64,000 nt of DNA from Fibrobacterales bacterium (GCA_051532055.1 JAOPTX010000025.1:11449-75448), one strand, 5' to 3'. Counted from the first letter of the stretch, positions 20,014 through 29,812 are shown. Made by a program: numbers and translations. Notes: a model not told the origin generated them from the sequence alone.

Positions 20014-21069
20014 ATGAAAAAAATATATGTAAATGGAAGGTTCTTAACTCAAAAAACCACTGGAACCCAGCGGTTTGCAATTGAGATCACTAAAGAGTTG
20101 ATAAAACATCACCCAAATGTTGAAATATTAGTTCCAGAGAAACAAAAAGATGATTTGATTTACAAAGATTTCGCCGTAACAGGTGTTGAACATTTTAAAA
20201 ATCAAGTGTGGGAACAAGTTAGTTTGTATAACTTTCTAAAAAAGCAAGACGACTATACTTTATTAAACTTTTCATTTACTGGGCCGTATTTCTGTAAGAA
20301 ATCAATAGTATGTGTACATGATATTATTTTTACGAACAGAAACTGGGTTTCTAAGAAGTTTTATTACTATTATAATTTTTTAGTTCCAAAACTAGCTAAA
20401 AGAGCATTAAGGGTATTGACAGTAAGTGAGTTTTCTAAAAATGAAATAAACGCCCAACTTAATATTCCATTGGATAAAATTGAAGTTGTTTATAATTCTG
20501 TTTCAAAAGAGTTTAAAGAAAATGCGGATTCAGAATTTGGCAAGAACTATGGAATGTATTTCCTTGGAGTATCAAGTTTAAATCCAAGGAAAAATTTTGA
20601 GGGTTTGATTGAAGGCTTTAATAATCTACAACTGCAAGATGTTAAGCTTGTCATTGCTGGTGCGAAAAATAAAAAAATTTATGGCGAAACTATGCTTGGT
20701 GAAAATAATTCAGACAAAATTGTATTTACGGGATATGTTTCAGATTCAGAATTAGCCTCATTATACAAATACGCAGTAGCGTTTGTATATCCATCATATT
20801 ATGAAGGTTTTGGTCTGCCGCCAATAGAAGCCATGTCTATGGGGTGCCCTGTAATAACTTCTGATACATCAAGCCTACCAGAAGTTTGTGCTGATGCGGT
20901 AATTTATGTAAACCCTGAGGACACACCTTCAATCTCAAACGCAATTCAAACACTTCATACCGATGAGAGTAAACGGAAAGAGCTTATAGGAAAAGGATAT
21001 GAACGAGTCAAATATTTTAGCTGGGAAAAATCAGCAAAAAAAATTATTTCAATTGTTCAATCTTTATAG
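20014..21069 (+). CDS. Glycosyltransferase family 4 (mannosyltransferase-like)
   Basis: NGRFLTQKTTGTQRFA, HD, TVSEFSK, PRKN, YPSYYEGFGLPPIEAM, FSWEKSA. Confidence 0.92.
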   Translation: MKKIYVNGRFLTQKTTGTQRFAIEITKELIKHHPNVEILVPEKQKDDLIYKDFAVTGVEHFKNQVWEQVSLYNFLKKQDDYTLLNFSFTGPYFCKKSIVCVHDIIFTNRNWVSKKFYYYYNFLVPKLAKRALRVLTVSEFSKNEINAQLNIPLDKIEVVYNSVSKEFKENADSEFGKNYGMYFLGVSSLNPRKNFEGLIEGFNNLQLQDVKLVIAGAKNKKIYGETMLGENNSDKIVFTGYVSDSELASLYKYAVAFVYPSYYEGFGLPPIEAMSMGCPVITSDTSSLPEVCADAVIYVNPEDTPSISNAIQTLHTDESKRKELIGKGYERVKYFSWEKSAKKIISIVQSL

Positions 21070-21075
21070 GTTATT

Positions 21076-21999
21076 ATGAAAATATCTGTTATAATTCCAA
21101 CCTATAATGCCGAACCTTTTCTTGAAAATCAATTAAAACAATTAAATAAACAAACTATTAAAATTGATGAAATTCTTATCTATGATTCTTCGTCAAAAGA
21201 TCGTACAGTTGAAATAGCTCGCTCTTATAACGTTGACCCAACCATAGTTCCTCAGGCAGAGTTTGATCATGGAGGAACGCGAACTTTAGCTGCAAAAAGG
21301 GCAATTGGCGATATTCTTGTTTTCTTAACTCAAGATAGTGTAATATTTGATGATAAAACAATAGAAAACCTTGTTTCTGGGTTTCAAAATGAGCAGGTAA
21401 CCGCAATTTATGGGCGTCAGTTGCCACGACTAAATGCTCAGTTTTTTGAAAAACACCTGAGATTATTTAATTACCCGGATAGGGCATATACGCGAGAAAT
21501 AAGCCATAAAAGGCAATATGGGATAAAAACATGTTTTTTCTCAAACTCATTTTCAGCATATAGGAAAGAAGCACTGGAAGGTGTTAACTTTTTTGAAACA
21601 AATTTGATATTTGGTGAGGATACCGTAGCTGTCGCAAAAATGCTTATTAAGGGGTATACAATAGCCTATGAGCCAGAGGCTAAGGTGTATCATTCTCACG
21701 ATTACACACCAATTGAAGAGTTTAAAAGGTATTTTGATATAGGGGCTTTTCACAAAAATAACAATTGGCTACTTGATGAGTTTGGGCATGCTGAAAGCGA
21801 AGGTATGCGTTATGTTAAATCAGAGCTCAAGCTAATATTTAAAGAAAAGCAATTTTTGTTGATACCATCTATGGTTATTAGGCTAGGGTGTAAATATATA
21901 GGGTATAGGCTAGGGTTGATTCACAATAAAATACCTTATCAACTGAAGTTAAGAATTAGCATGACAAAACATTGGTGGAAAAAGAACACTATAACCTAG
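21076..21999 (+). CDS. GT2 glycosyltransferase, rhamnosyltransferase-like
   Basis: SVIIPTYNA, DSSSKD, FDHGGTR, FLTQD, YGRQLP, FFSNSFSAY, VYHSH. Confidence 0.9.
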   Translation: MKISVIIPTYNAEPFLENQLKQLNKQTIKIDEILIYDSSSKDRTVEIARSYNVDPTIVPQAEFDHGGTRTLAAKRAIGDILVFLTQDSVIFDDKTIENLVSGFQNEQVTAIYGRQLPRLNAQFFEKHLRLFNYPDRAYTREISHKRQYGIKTCFFSNSFSAYRKEALEGVNFFETNLIFGEDTVAVAKMLIKGYTIAYEPEAKVYHSHDYTPIEEFKRYFDIGAFHKNNNWLLDEFGHAESEGMRYVKSELKLIFKEKQFLLIPSMVIRLGCKYIGYRLGLIHNKIPYQLKLRISMTKHWWKKNTIT

Positions 22000-22034
22000 C
22001 CAAATGTTCTCAGAATAATGCACGTATTTAAATC

Positions 22035-22070
22035 AAACAAATATATCTTTAGAAGAGATATTTGTTTTTT
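22035..22070 (+). terminator. Hairpin/terminator between the GT operon and the lipoprotein pair
   Basis: AAACAAATAT...ATATTTGTTT inverted repeat followed by Ts. Confidence 0.5.
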
Positions 22071-22085
22071 ATTTAGGTAAAGAAT

Positions 22086-23651
22086 ATGAAGTTCGGTATA
22101 TTCTTTGTTGTTTTTACTCTCTGTTTTTGTGACAGAAATAGTAGTTTGGCTATTGATACTCCGAGCAGCTCAAACGAAGCCCTAAATCAAAGCTCAAGTC
22201 AAAAGTCTCTTGAGCAAAATGAAAGTTCTACTGTTGTTTTGGCTCAACTTAGCTCTGGTCATGTTGAATCCAACAACTCCTTTATTAGCTCAGCTTCGAT
22301 ACAAGATTCATTTATTTCATGTGAGAGTCATTACCATAGTCTAGGGATAATGGATAGCATTATTAACCTTGATAAAATGGATTCGATCACTACCAAATGT
22401 TTTTCAGAAAAAATCAATATTTATAATGATAGAAATTTGTTTTTTAAAGCTTTAGTTGATAATCAAAAACCTTATTCAGTATACTCTTGGGATAACACTA
22501 GCCACTATGTATCTTATGCTGGTGAATATGCTTATAGTTCAAAAGCATCAAGTAGAATATTAGTTCAACAATATAACTATGGTGATTGGTCGAATTATGA
22601 TACTATGCTAATAGGTGAAAATGGAACGATAAATAATCCACTAGTTAATGGGGAGCCAGGAGCATTTGGTAGACCTTTCAGTCCAGATGTAGGAAGTATA
22701 TATTCTATAACAGATTCAACGATAGTTTACTCAGCCTTTGGAAGTTATGGGTCCGGTATATCATATATTTTTGATTCTAAATATGGCGTAGACTATATGT
22801 TGAGAGCTAAAGACATCCAAGGAGATTCTTTAATAATTCAAACTCCAGTTAATTTTAGGGTCGTAAATGCAATAATTAATAATGGAGTATTGTTTGGATT
22901 TGGCTTAGATACGGTTCTTGTAACTAATTTATTAATGGGGCAGAAAAGTGTTTTCAAGTTTTACTTTCCAACCGCGAATGTAGGGCCATATGGCTATAGA
23001 ACAGACTCTATTTGGCCAATAGAGTTGATGGATAGTACAGTTTTGTTTTCTGATGGTATAAGTTATCGACTAGGTAAAATAAAAACACTTGATGAAAAAA
23101 GGATGTATGAACAGTTACTAACTAATAGAGAAGTAAACGAGCAAAAACTAGTTACTCCAAAGGAGCACCCAGTATTCAATGTTTCACTATACTATTGCAA
23201 GGACCCTGTTTATTTTCCTTATGGTGCTAGATTAGTAGGTGAATTAGACTCTCTTACTAAAGATAGCTTATATGGTGTTGATTATTCGGTGGTTGATAGT
23301 CTAAGAATATCGTTAGATATATATTTTAAAGATTTTTCTGAAGGAACATTATATGCAACAATAAGCGAGGATTATAATGGCGAGAAAATTTATATTGTTG
23401 ATCCACAATCTGTTTATTTCGATTGTGGAAATTACTCTACTTCAAGTGAATGTAAAAATGAAGATGTTACAATTCTAGACTATAACAATATATTTAAGGA
23501 TCACTATATATGGTATAAATCTGCAGAAGGAATAATTAGTGGGCCATACTTCCCATCAATAAATTTAAATTTAGATATTGATTGGCCATATAAATGGGCA
23601 AAAGAGCAAGGTTTTTGTCCAAACTGTGTAGAAAAGGAAGAAACCAAATGA
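22086..23651 (+). CDS. Hypothetical exported protein/lipoprotein, paralog A
   Basis: Signal peptide ending TLCFC-D, Ser-rich linker; collinear similarity to 23648-25216. Confidence 0.8.
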   Translation: MKFGIFFVVFTLCFCDRNSSLAIDTPSSSNEALNQSSSQKSLEQNESSTVVLAQLSSGHVESNNSFISSASIQDSFISCESHYHSLGIMDSIINLDKMDSITTKCFSEKINIYNDRNLFFKALVDNQKPYSVYSWDNTSHYVSYAGEYAYSSKASSRILVQQYNYGDWSNYDTMLIGENGTINNPLVNGEPGAFGRPFSPDVGSIYSITDSTIVYSAFGSYGSGISYIFDSKYGVDYMLRAKDIQGDSLIIQTPVNFRVVNAIINNGVLFGFGLDTVLVTNLLMGQKSVFKFYFPTANVGPYGYRTDSIWPIELMDSTVLFSDGISYRLGKIKTLDEKRMYEQLLTNREVNEQKLVTPKEHPVFNVSLYYCKDPVYFPYGARLVGELDSLTKDSLYGVDYSVVDSLRISLDIYFKDFSEGTLYATISEDYNGEKIYIVDPQSVYFDCGNYSTSSECKNEDVTILDYNNIFKDHYIWYKSAEGIISGPYFPSINLNLDIDWPYKWAKEQGFCPNCVEKEETK

Positions 23652-25216
23652 GGGCCTTGATATTACTTATAACCTTAACACTCTGCTTTTGTGATAGAAA
23701 CAATAGTCTCAATGTTGATACTCCGAGCAGCTCAACCGCAACTCAAAATCTAAGTAATAGTATTGATAGCAACAAACAACAAGTTGTAAGTTCAAGTCAA
23801 AAATCCCATGAGCAACATGAAAGTTCCACGATTGTTTTAGATCAGCTTAGTTCTAGCCCTGTTGAATTAAGTAACTCTTTTATTAGCTCATCTTCGGTAC
23901 AAGATACATTTGTTTCATGTGAGAATTATTACCATATAGAAGGGTTAATTGATAGCTCTATTACTTTTCAGGAAGCTGACTCAATTACAATAGACTGTTT
24001 AACTAAAAGTAGTAGTCTCCATAATGAAAATTACTTGTTTCTTCAGTCAGTGATAGATAATCAAAAACCTGTTCTATATGATAAATTTGAGAGGAGCAAT
24101 TATGAGGATAAGATTGAATATTACACCTCAAAAGCATCCGAATCAAGTATTTATGTGCACACAACTATTCAAAGTACTGGTAAATTTGGCTTTTTTAGTG
24201 AGCTTTGGGTATTTAAAGATTCAATAAAAGACACTCTAAGTTTTCAAACTACGGAATATTTTAAAAGTGGTATCCGTTTTTATCCAGTTATCAAAAACCT
24301 ATATAGCTTATCTGACTCCTTAGTAATATATGATGTAGGTGTAGAGGGTTATACAAATTACCCCTTTGATGTTGTATATGGTGAAAATCGCGCTATTCGA
24401 GTAAAAAACATTCAAATGGATTCTGTCGTTGGGCAACACCCAATTAGTATTAATCCAACAGATGTTGTTGAAAATAACGGAGTTTTGTTTGGTTTTGGAG
24501 ATAGGTATGAGCCAGATAAACAGCCAACTATTGTGTTTGATTTTGTTAATGATTCAAACGTTGTTATGGACTATACATTTGATGTAATAAGCGAAGATCC
24601 TATCTTACCAGTTGAGCTGCTAGACAGTACAATAATTTTTTCAAACTTTAACACTTACTATTGGGTTAAGATAGATTCAGAGTTGGAACAAAAAATGTTT
24701 GAAAAGTTATTGCAACAAAGGACTTTAATAGAAAAAGAGTTGGCTGTAGATAACTGGAAGCCCATAATTGATGTTACAATATACTTTTTTGATGACCCGT
24801 TTTATTTTCCAAACTGCTGGCCTATTGATAATACGGAAAATTTAGACTCAAGCCAAATCGATAGTATTATAGCTTTTGATTATTCTACCATCGATAGTTT
24901 ACGCACAGATATACATATTTATTTTGAAGATTACTCCAAGGGAAGTTTGTTTGCTACGTCGACTAAAGACCCTAATTCAGAAAAAATTTATAAGGTGACG
25001 CCAAACGGTTTTAAAGTTGATTGTGGTGACAATGAGTACTCATGGGCCTGTCAAAATGATGAAGTAGAAGTTTATGATGTAAAAAAATATCGAAGTGATC
25101 AATATTTATGGTATGAATCAAAAAATAGTGAAATATCTGGACCATATAGCCCTTCATTAAAAGGTGGGTGTTCTATAGATTGGTGGTATGACTTAGCACG
25201 ATCTAGATTTGAATAG
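23648..25216 (+). CDS. Hypothetical exported protein/lipoprotein, paralog B
   Basis: ATGA overlap with paralog A stop; MRALILLITLTLCFCDRN; shared blocks DNQKP, SKAS, NNGVLFGFG, DPxYFP, DYSxxDSLR, ISGPY. Confidence 0.8.
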   Translation: MRALILLITLTLCFCDRNNSLNVDTPSSSTATQNLSNSIDSNKQQVVSSSQKSHEQHESSTIVLDQLSSSPVELSNSFISSSSVQDTFVSCENYYHIEGLIDSSITFQEADSITIDCLTKSSSLHNENYLFLQSVIDNQKPVLYDKFERSNYEDKIEYYTSKASESSIYVHTTIQSTGKFGFFSELWVFKDSIKDTLSFQTTEYFKSGIRFYPVIKNLYSLSDSLVIYDVGVEGYTNYPFDVVYGENRAIRVKNIQMDSVVGQHPISINPTDVVENNGVLFGFGDRYEPDKQPTIVFDFVNDSNVVMDYTFDVISEDPILPVELLDSTIIFSNFNTYYWVKIDSELEQKMFEKLLQQRTLIEKELAVDNWKPIIDVTIYFFDDPFYFPNCWPIDNTENLDSSQIDSIIAFDYSTIDSLRTDIHIYFEDYSKGSLFATSTKDPNSEKIYKVTPNGFKVDCGDNEYSWACQNDEVEVYDVKKYRSDQYLWYESKNSEISGPYSPSLKGGCSIDWWYDLARSRFE

Positions 25217-25229
25217 CAAAAGGTTTATG

Positions 25230-25396
25230 TTAAAATTGAATGGAAGACCTTAGTAAAAGTCGGTTATGCTTTGCAAAGGTATAACTACCCTCTAGCTTTA
25301 AATATTTCCATTGCGTTGAAAATATGGTTCAAAAGAGTATTCAGGCCCAATGCCTTATAAAAACGTTTTTCCATTCTCATATGTATGGCCGTGAGG
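25230..25396 (-). pseudogene. Decayed duplicate of the 3' end of the wzi-like gene
   Basis: Aligns to 27036-27203; translates as PHGHTYENGKTFL*GIGPEYSFEP-(1-nt deletion)-FSTQWKYLKLEGSYTFAKHNRLLLRSSIQF*. Confidence 0.9.
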
Positions 25397-25614
25397 TTGG
25401 GGAGGTAGAGTTTCAAATTTACCGCGAAAAAGAAAGCTGTTGCAATAACATAATTATATATGCAATATCAATAAGGATGGAGAAATAACAAGTCTAATAA
25501 AAATCAGTATTGATAAATTTGATATTGACTTAGAATCCTATGTATTAGATAATAATAGTGGATTTGAACAGCTTGATGAAGAGTAGGTGTATGAAAATTT
25601 ATGGTGAAAATGTT

Positions 25615-27006
25615 ATGAAATACTATATGATGATTTTATCAGTTTTAATTCTATTTTCAATTCAAGCATGTATTGATGGGTTAGCAAGTGAAAGTGAAGG
25701 CGTTGTGTCTTCACCTAGTTTGAAGGTAAGTAGTAGTTCAGTATCGCTACTCTCATCTAGTACTATGGAGAGTAGCGGTTCCGTATCGATACCTTTATCT
25801 AGTATTGTGGAAAGCAGCGGTTTAGTATCGATACCCTCATCTAGTACTGTGGAGAGTAGCAGTTCCGTATCGATACCCCCATCTAGTACTGTGGAGAGTA
25901 GCAATTCTGTATCGATACCCCCATCTAGTACTGTGGAGAGTAGCAGTTCTGTATCGATATCTTCATCTAGTTTTTTTGGAAAAAATGATTATAAGCAAGT
26001 CTGTATTGGGAGCTATAATACATTTGTATTAAAAACAGACGGTACCTTATGGGCTACAGGAGATAATTCTCTAGGTCAATTTGGTGATGGCACTACAGAA
26101 ATGAAAACAGCGCCTCTTCAAGTCATGACAGGAGTTATGGCTGTTTCTGCAGGAATCTATCATACGATGATATTAAAAGTAGACGGCTCCTTATTGGCTA
26201 CGGGAGGTAATTCACACGGTCAACTTGGCGATGGCACTACAGAAATGAAAACAGTACCTGTTCAAGTCATGACAGAAGTTACTGCAGTTTCTTCTGGGGA
26301 ATATCACACTATGATATTAAAAACGGATGGTACCTTATGGGCTACGGGATTTAGTCCTCATGGTCAACTTGGTGACGGTACTGCAGGAATTACAGCAATG
26401 AGAACTATCCCTGCTCAAGTCATGACAGAAGTTATGGCAGTTTCTGCTGGGTACCTACATACGATGATATTAAAAGCAGATGGCACCTTGTGGGCAACAG
26501 GATCTAATTCTCACGGTCAACTTGGTGATGGTACCATGGAAGATAAGGCTACCCCTATTCAGGTCATGACAGGAGTTGCGGCAATTTCTACTGGTGAATA
26601 CCACACGATGATATTAAAGGTTGATGGCACCTTATGGGCAACAGGGTCCAATTCTCACGGCCAACTTGGTGATGGAACTACAGAAGACAAAGCTACTCCA
26701 GTTCAAGTCATGACAGGAGTTACGGCTGTTTCTGCCGGGCAATATTATACCATGATATTAAAAACAGGCGGAACCTTATGGGCGGCAGGGTCTAATTCTC
26801 ACGGCCAACTTGGTGATAGCACTACAGAAGATAAAGCTACTCCAGTTCAAGTTATTACAGGAGTTACAGGAGTTTCTGCTGGGTACCTTCATACCATGAT
26901 ATTAAAAACAAATGGTAGCTTGTGGGCAACAGGATATAACACAAATGGTCAATTTGGTGATGGTGCTTCAGAAGATACAAGTACCCCAGTACAAATTGTC
27001 TGGTAA
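25615..27006 (+). CDS. RCC1/BLIP-II repeat lipoprotein with Ser-rich stalk
   Basis: MKYYMMILSVLILFSIQAC lipobox-like signal; seven ~48-aa repeats (KxDGTLWATGxNSHGQLGDGTTEDKATPVQVMTGVxAVSAGxYHTMIL). Confidence 0.88.
   Translation: MKYYMMILSVLILFSIQACIDGLASESEGVVSSPSLKVSSSSVSLLSSSTMESSGSVSIPLSSIVESSGLVSIPSSSTVESSSSVSIPPSSTVESSNSVSIPPSSTVESSSSVSISSSSFFGKNDYKQVCIGSYNTFVLKTDGTLWATGDNSLGQFGDGTTEMKTAPLQVMTGVMAVSAGIYHTMILKVDGSLLATGGNSHGQLGDGTTEMKTVPVQVMTEVTAVSSGEYHTMILKTDGTLWATGFSPHGQLGDGTAGITAMRTIPAQVMTEVMAVSAGYLHTMILKADGTLWATGSNSHGQLGDGTMEDKATPIQVMTGVAAISTGEYHTMILKVDGTLWATGSNSHGQLGDGTTEDKATPVQVMTGVTAVSAGQYYTMILKTGGTLWAAGSNSHGQLGDSTTEDKATPVQVITGVTGVSAGYLHTMILKTNGSLWATGYNTNGQFGDGASEDTSTPVQIVW
25741..25971 (+). 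repeat. 42-bp coding tandem repeat, 5.5 copies (VSIPxSSTVESSxS)
   Basis: Units start at 25741, 25783, 25825, 25867, 25909 and 25951, each with GTATCG. Confidence 0.92.
26032..27003 (+). repeat. ~144-bp coding repeats (RCC1 blades)
   Basis: Recurring ATGATATTAAA..GG.ACCTT.TGGGC and GG.CAACTTGGTGA at ~144-bp period; third unit has a 3-codon insertion. Confidence 0.9.
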
Positions 27007-27035
27007 TGTTGCATGGGTATGGGTTAAATTGGTTT

Positions 27036-28475
27036 TTAAAACTGTATAGAAGACCTGAATAATAATTTATCATATTTTGCAAAGGTATAACTGCCTTCTA
27101 GCTTTAAATATTTCCATTGTGTGGAAAAGTATGGCTCAAAAGAGTATTCAGGCTCAGCGCCTTTTAAAAATGTTTTTCCATTCTCATATGTATGACCATG
27201 AGGGGTTAGGTCATCTATATGAGAGCCATAATCATCACCCTTTTGTGTAATATCAAATTTAATTGAAAAATAATGAAATTTCTTATACCTAGTATATATC
27301 TTAAAGTTTAAAACTTGAGAATTAGGACCCAATTGGTTTCCAAGTGGGTACCCCTGATTGGCTATTTGGGCTGTATTTGGTTCAAAATGAGTATATGCAT
27401 ATGGCTCTAATCGTGCGTATTCAAAAATAAAACCATTTGAAAAGTTGTTTAAATCATAAATAAAATGTGAACCAAGTAGTAACCCCCACTTGTTTTGAAT
27501 AAAGCCCTTTGTAAATAATGTTCCAGGCGATTCCATGTCATCTAAAAAGAATTCAGAGTAAATTTTGGCTATGTTTGGAAATCTGTAACATACATCTATT
27601 GATAAATTACCATTGTTACTATTTTCATCGACAAGCCCTTTTTCAATGAATAATGGTACAAATGGAACAAATAAAAAAGGTTGGTTATTTTCAAACAATA
27701 TCATTTGTTCACTGATACCAAGTGTAATGTTTTTTAGAATGGATAGCTCATATCGGTGAGCATATAGGTCTCTGTCAAATTTGTTAAGTTCCGATGGGCC
27801 TGTGTTTTCTAATAACAATTTTCCATAGAGAGTAATAACTTTGAGAGGTCCAATTTGTGTTTGATATGTTAAGTGATTAAATGGGATAGCATTTTGATTG
27901 AAAATCATATTATTATAAATTCCAGGCCCCCAGTGAATAGCGTCCCTAGCAATTGAGATAGTGCCGATGCCAAAATAAAAATTCATGTTTCCTCTATACC
28001 GTGCATATGAAGTAAATGAGGCCTGATCATTGACAGCTTCAGTTTGTTTATCGACAAATTCTCGGTCATAGGAGGGCACTTTATCTTGAGAATGAAATTC
28101 AGAAAATAGTCGTGCATCAAGGTAAAGGTCCATAAAAGAGTGCTTTGCCCCAAGAATAATTCCACCATCGAATGCTTTTGTTGTATTTGAATATATTTCT
28201 TGATATCTATATTCTATACCTCCAATAGCTTTAACGCCAATAAACTTATTAGAATCAGAATATGAAAGGTTATAAGAATCACATACTTTAGAACTATTTG
28301 GATTGCAATAACTTGGATATATATGTGAGATAGGAAGTGGGGAGATAATGCTATTATGGTGTTCTTGCTCAAGGGGGAGGGCGTCAAATGTCTTTAATGT
28401 ATACGGGTGGTTTAGTTGACTGTAATAGCCCCATATAAAGCTGGCAAAAAAGGTTACTAGTATTAATATTTTCAT
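27036..28475 (-). CDS. Capsule assembly Wzi-like outer-membrane beta-barrel protein
   Basis: Signal peptide; ARDAIHWGPG, AHRYE, GISE, YSEFFLDD, EYARLEPYAYTH, PLGNQLGPNS; C-terminal Phe; position next to wzz. Confidence 0.7.
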   Translation of the reverse strand: MKILILVTFFASFIWGYYSQLNHPYTLKTFDALPLEQEHHNSIISPLPISHIYPSYCNPNSSKVCDSYNLSYSDSNKFIGVKAIGGIEYRYQEIYSNTTKAFDGGIILGAKHSFMDLYLDARLFSEFHSQDKVPSYDREFVDKQTEAVNDQASFTSYARYRGNMNFYFGIGTISIARDAIHWGPGIYNNMIFNQNAIPFNHLTYQTQIGPLKVITLYGKLLLENTGPSELNKFDRDLYAHRYELSILKNITLGISEQMILFENNQPFLFVPFVPLFIEKGLVDENSNNGNLSIDVCYRFPNIAKIYSEFFLDDMESPGTLFTKGFIQNKWGLLLGSHFIYDLNNFSNGFIFEYARLEPYAYTHFEPNTAQIANQGYPLGNQLGPNSQVLNFKIYTRYKKFHYFSIKFDITQKGDDYGSHIDDLTPHGHTYENGKTFLKGAEPEYSFEPYFSTQWKYLKLEGSYTFAKYDKLLFRSSIQF

Positions 28476-28539
28476 AAATAACTACATTTGTTTATCAATT
28501 GTAGTGTAAATTAGCAAAATTTAGTTCGAGATTTATAAA

Positions 28540-29562
28540 ATGAGTGAAAATCCGCAAGTTCAAATTGAAGATGATGAAATAGACTTAATGACATTAATTA
28601 AAATACTTTGGGATCGAAGACTTATTATTGGCGTAACCTTTGTGTTGTTTACAGTTATCGCTGGATTACTACCTATTGTTTTAACACCCCAGTTTGATTC
28701 TGTATCAAAATGGCTCCCAAATCAGAAGTCTGGTGGTGGGGCGGGGCAATTATCTAGTTTGGCCGCTTTAGCGGGAGTTAATATGGGGGGGGCATCTACG
28801 GAAGATTATGAGGCTCATTATGATGAAATACTAAAATCACCGTTACTACTAGATTCACTGATTTTTAGAAAGTGGTGCTTGAGTTCGGGTGATTCTTTAA
28901 CGTTATTAGAGATACTTAAGCTTGACTTTAGCGGCATTAATTTAGAGAAAAGTTATGTAACAAAACAAATGCTAATACATAACTCCTTATACGGTTATTT
29001 ATCTCAAACCATACAGTTTGAAAGAACGGCAACTGCATTTTCACTAACTATTCAAACGATTGATCCTGTTTTGTCATATGAAATAAATAATTACCTGCTG
29101 TATCTTTTAAAGGCATATTCAGAGAGTGAGAAGAGCTCTAAAGCAAAAAAAGAGCGATTGTTTGTAGAAGAGAGGTATAAAGAATTTAAAAATGATTTGA
29201 AATCTGCAGAGGCAAAATTAAAGAAATTTCGTGAAAATAATATGAATATTAACTCACCAAATTTAATGTTGAGTCAACAAAGGTTAATACGAGAAGTTGA
29301 AATATATAATCAATTAGTTATTGAGTTCAGAAAGCAACTTGAACTTGCTAAAATTGAAGAGATTAAAAAAATACCTGAATTCAATGTTGTTCAGGAGCCT
29401 ACAGTGCCTATTTCAAAATCTAAACCTAAAAAGAAGCTTATACTGATTGCGGGGGGCGTTCTTGGATTAATTATTGGTTGTTTATTTGCATTTATACTTG
29501 GGTGGTGGAGTGAACATAAAGAAATTATTTTATATCGACTTAATACAAAAAAATCTAAATAA
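28540..29562 (+). CDS. wzz: Polysaccharide chain-length determinant (Wzz/PCP family)
   Basis: DDEIDLMTLIKILW, two TM helices, LSSLAALAGVN, coiled coil, PTVPISKSKPKK. Confidence 0.88.
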   Translation: MSENPQVQIEDDEIDLMTLIKILWDRRLIIGVTFVLFTVIAGLLPIVLTPQFDSVSKWLPNQKSGGGAGQLSSLAALAGVNMGGASTEDYEAHYDEILKSPLLLDSLIFRKWCLSSGDSLTLLEILKLDFSGINLEKSYVTKQMLIHNSLYGYLSQTIQFERTATAFSLTIQTIDPVLSYEINNYLLYLLKAYSESEKSSKAKKERLFVEERYKEFKNDLKSAEAKLKKFRENNMNINSPNLMLSQQRLIREVEIYNQLVIEFRKQLELAKIEEIKKIPEFNVVQEPTVPISKSKPKKKLILIAGGVLGLIIGCLFAFILGWWSEHKEIILYRLNTKKSK

Positions 29563-29812
29563 CGGCCCACAAAAGCAAAATTCAACATCGATAAAATTGG
29601 TAAGTAATTGAGATTAGGCTCTTTCTTTTAAAACTTGGAAAAGGTAGAAACTAGTAAATCACCCATGCTTAATATTATTTGTTGCCGTTTACTTGTATGA
29701 ACCGTTGATTGGTGAAAAGAAAATGGGAAAAGCATTAGAGAAGAGCTGAGAATTTATTAATCTTTTAGTATTTTTATCATATTGATTGAAATATGATATT
29801 TTGGAGTAACAA

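Noticed and set aside
13144..20014. Invertible (phase-variable) segments explaining the antisense genes
   Set aside because: No flanking inverted repeats found by eye and no recombinase in the window
25741..25971. Regular repeats as a possible CRISPR array
   Set aside because: Head-to-tail 42-bp in-frame coding units with no unique spacers and no cas genes
25230..27203. Duplicate segment as a DGR template/variable repeat pair
   Set aside because: Differences are not adenine-specific, include an indel, and no reverse transcriptase is present in the window
29560..29715. Possible attC-like site (AACGGC...GCCGTT)
   Set aside because: Only a 6-bp complement, no convincing R/L box pairing, no second copy and no integrase
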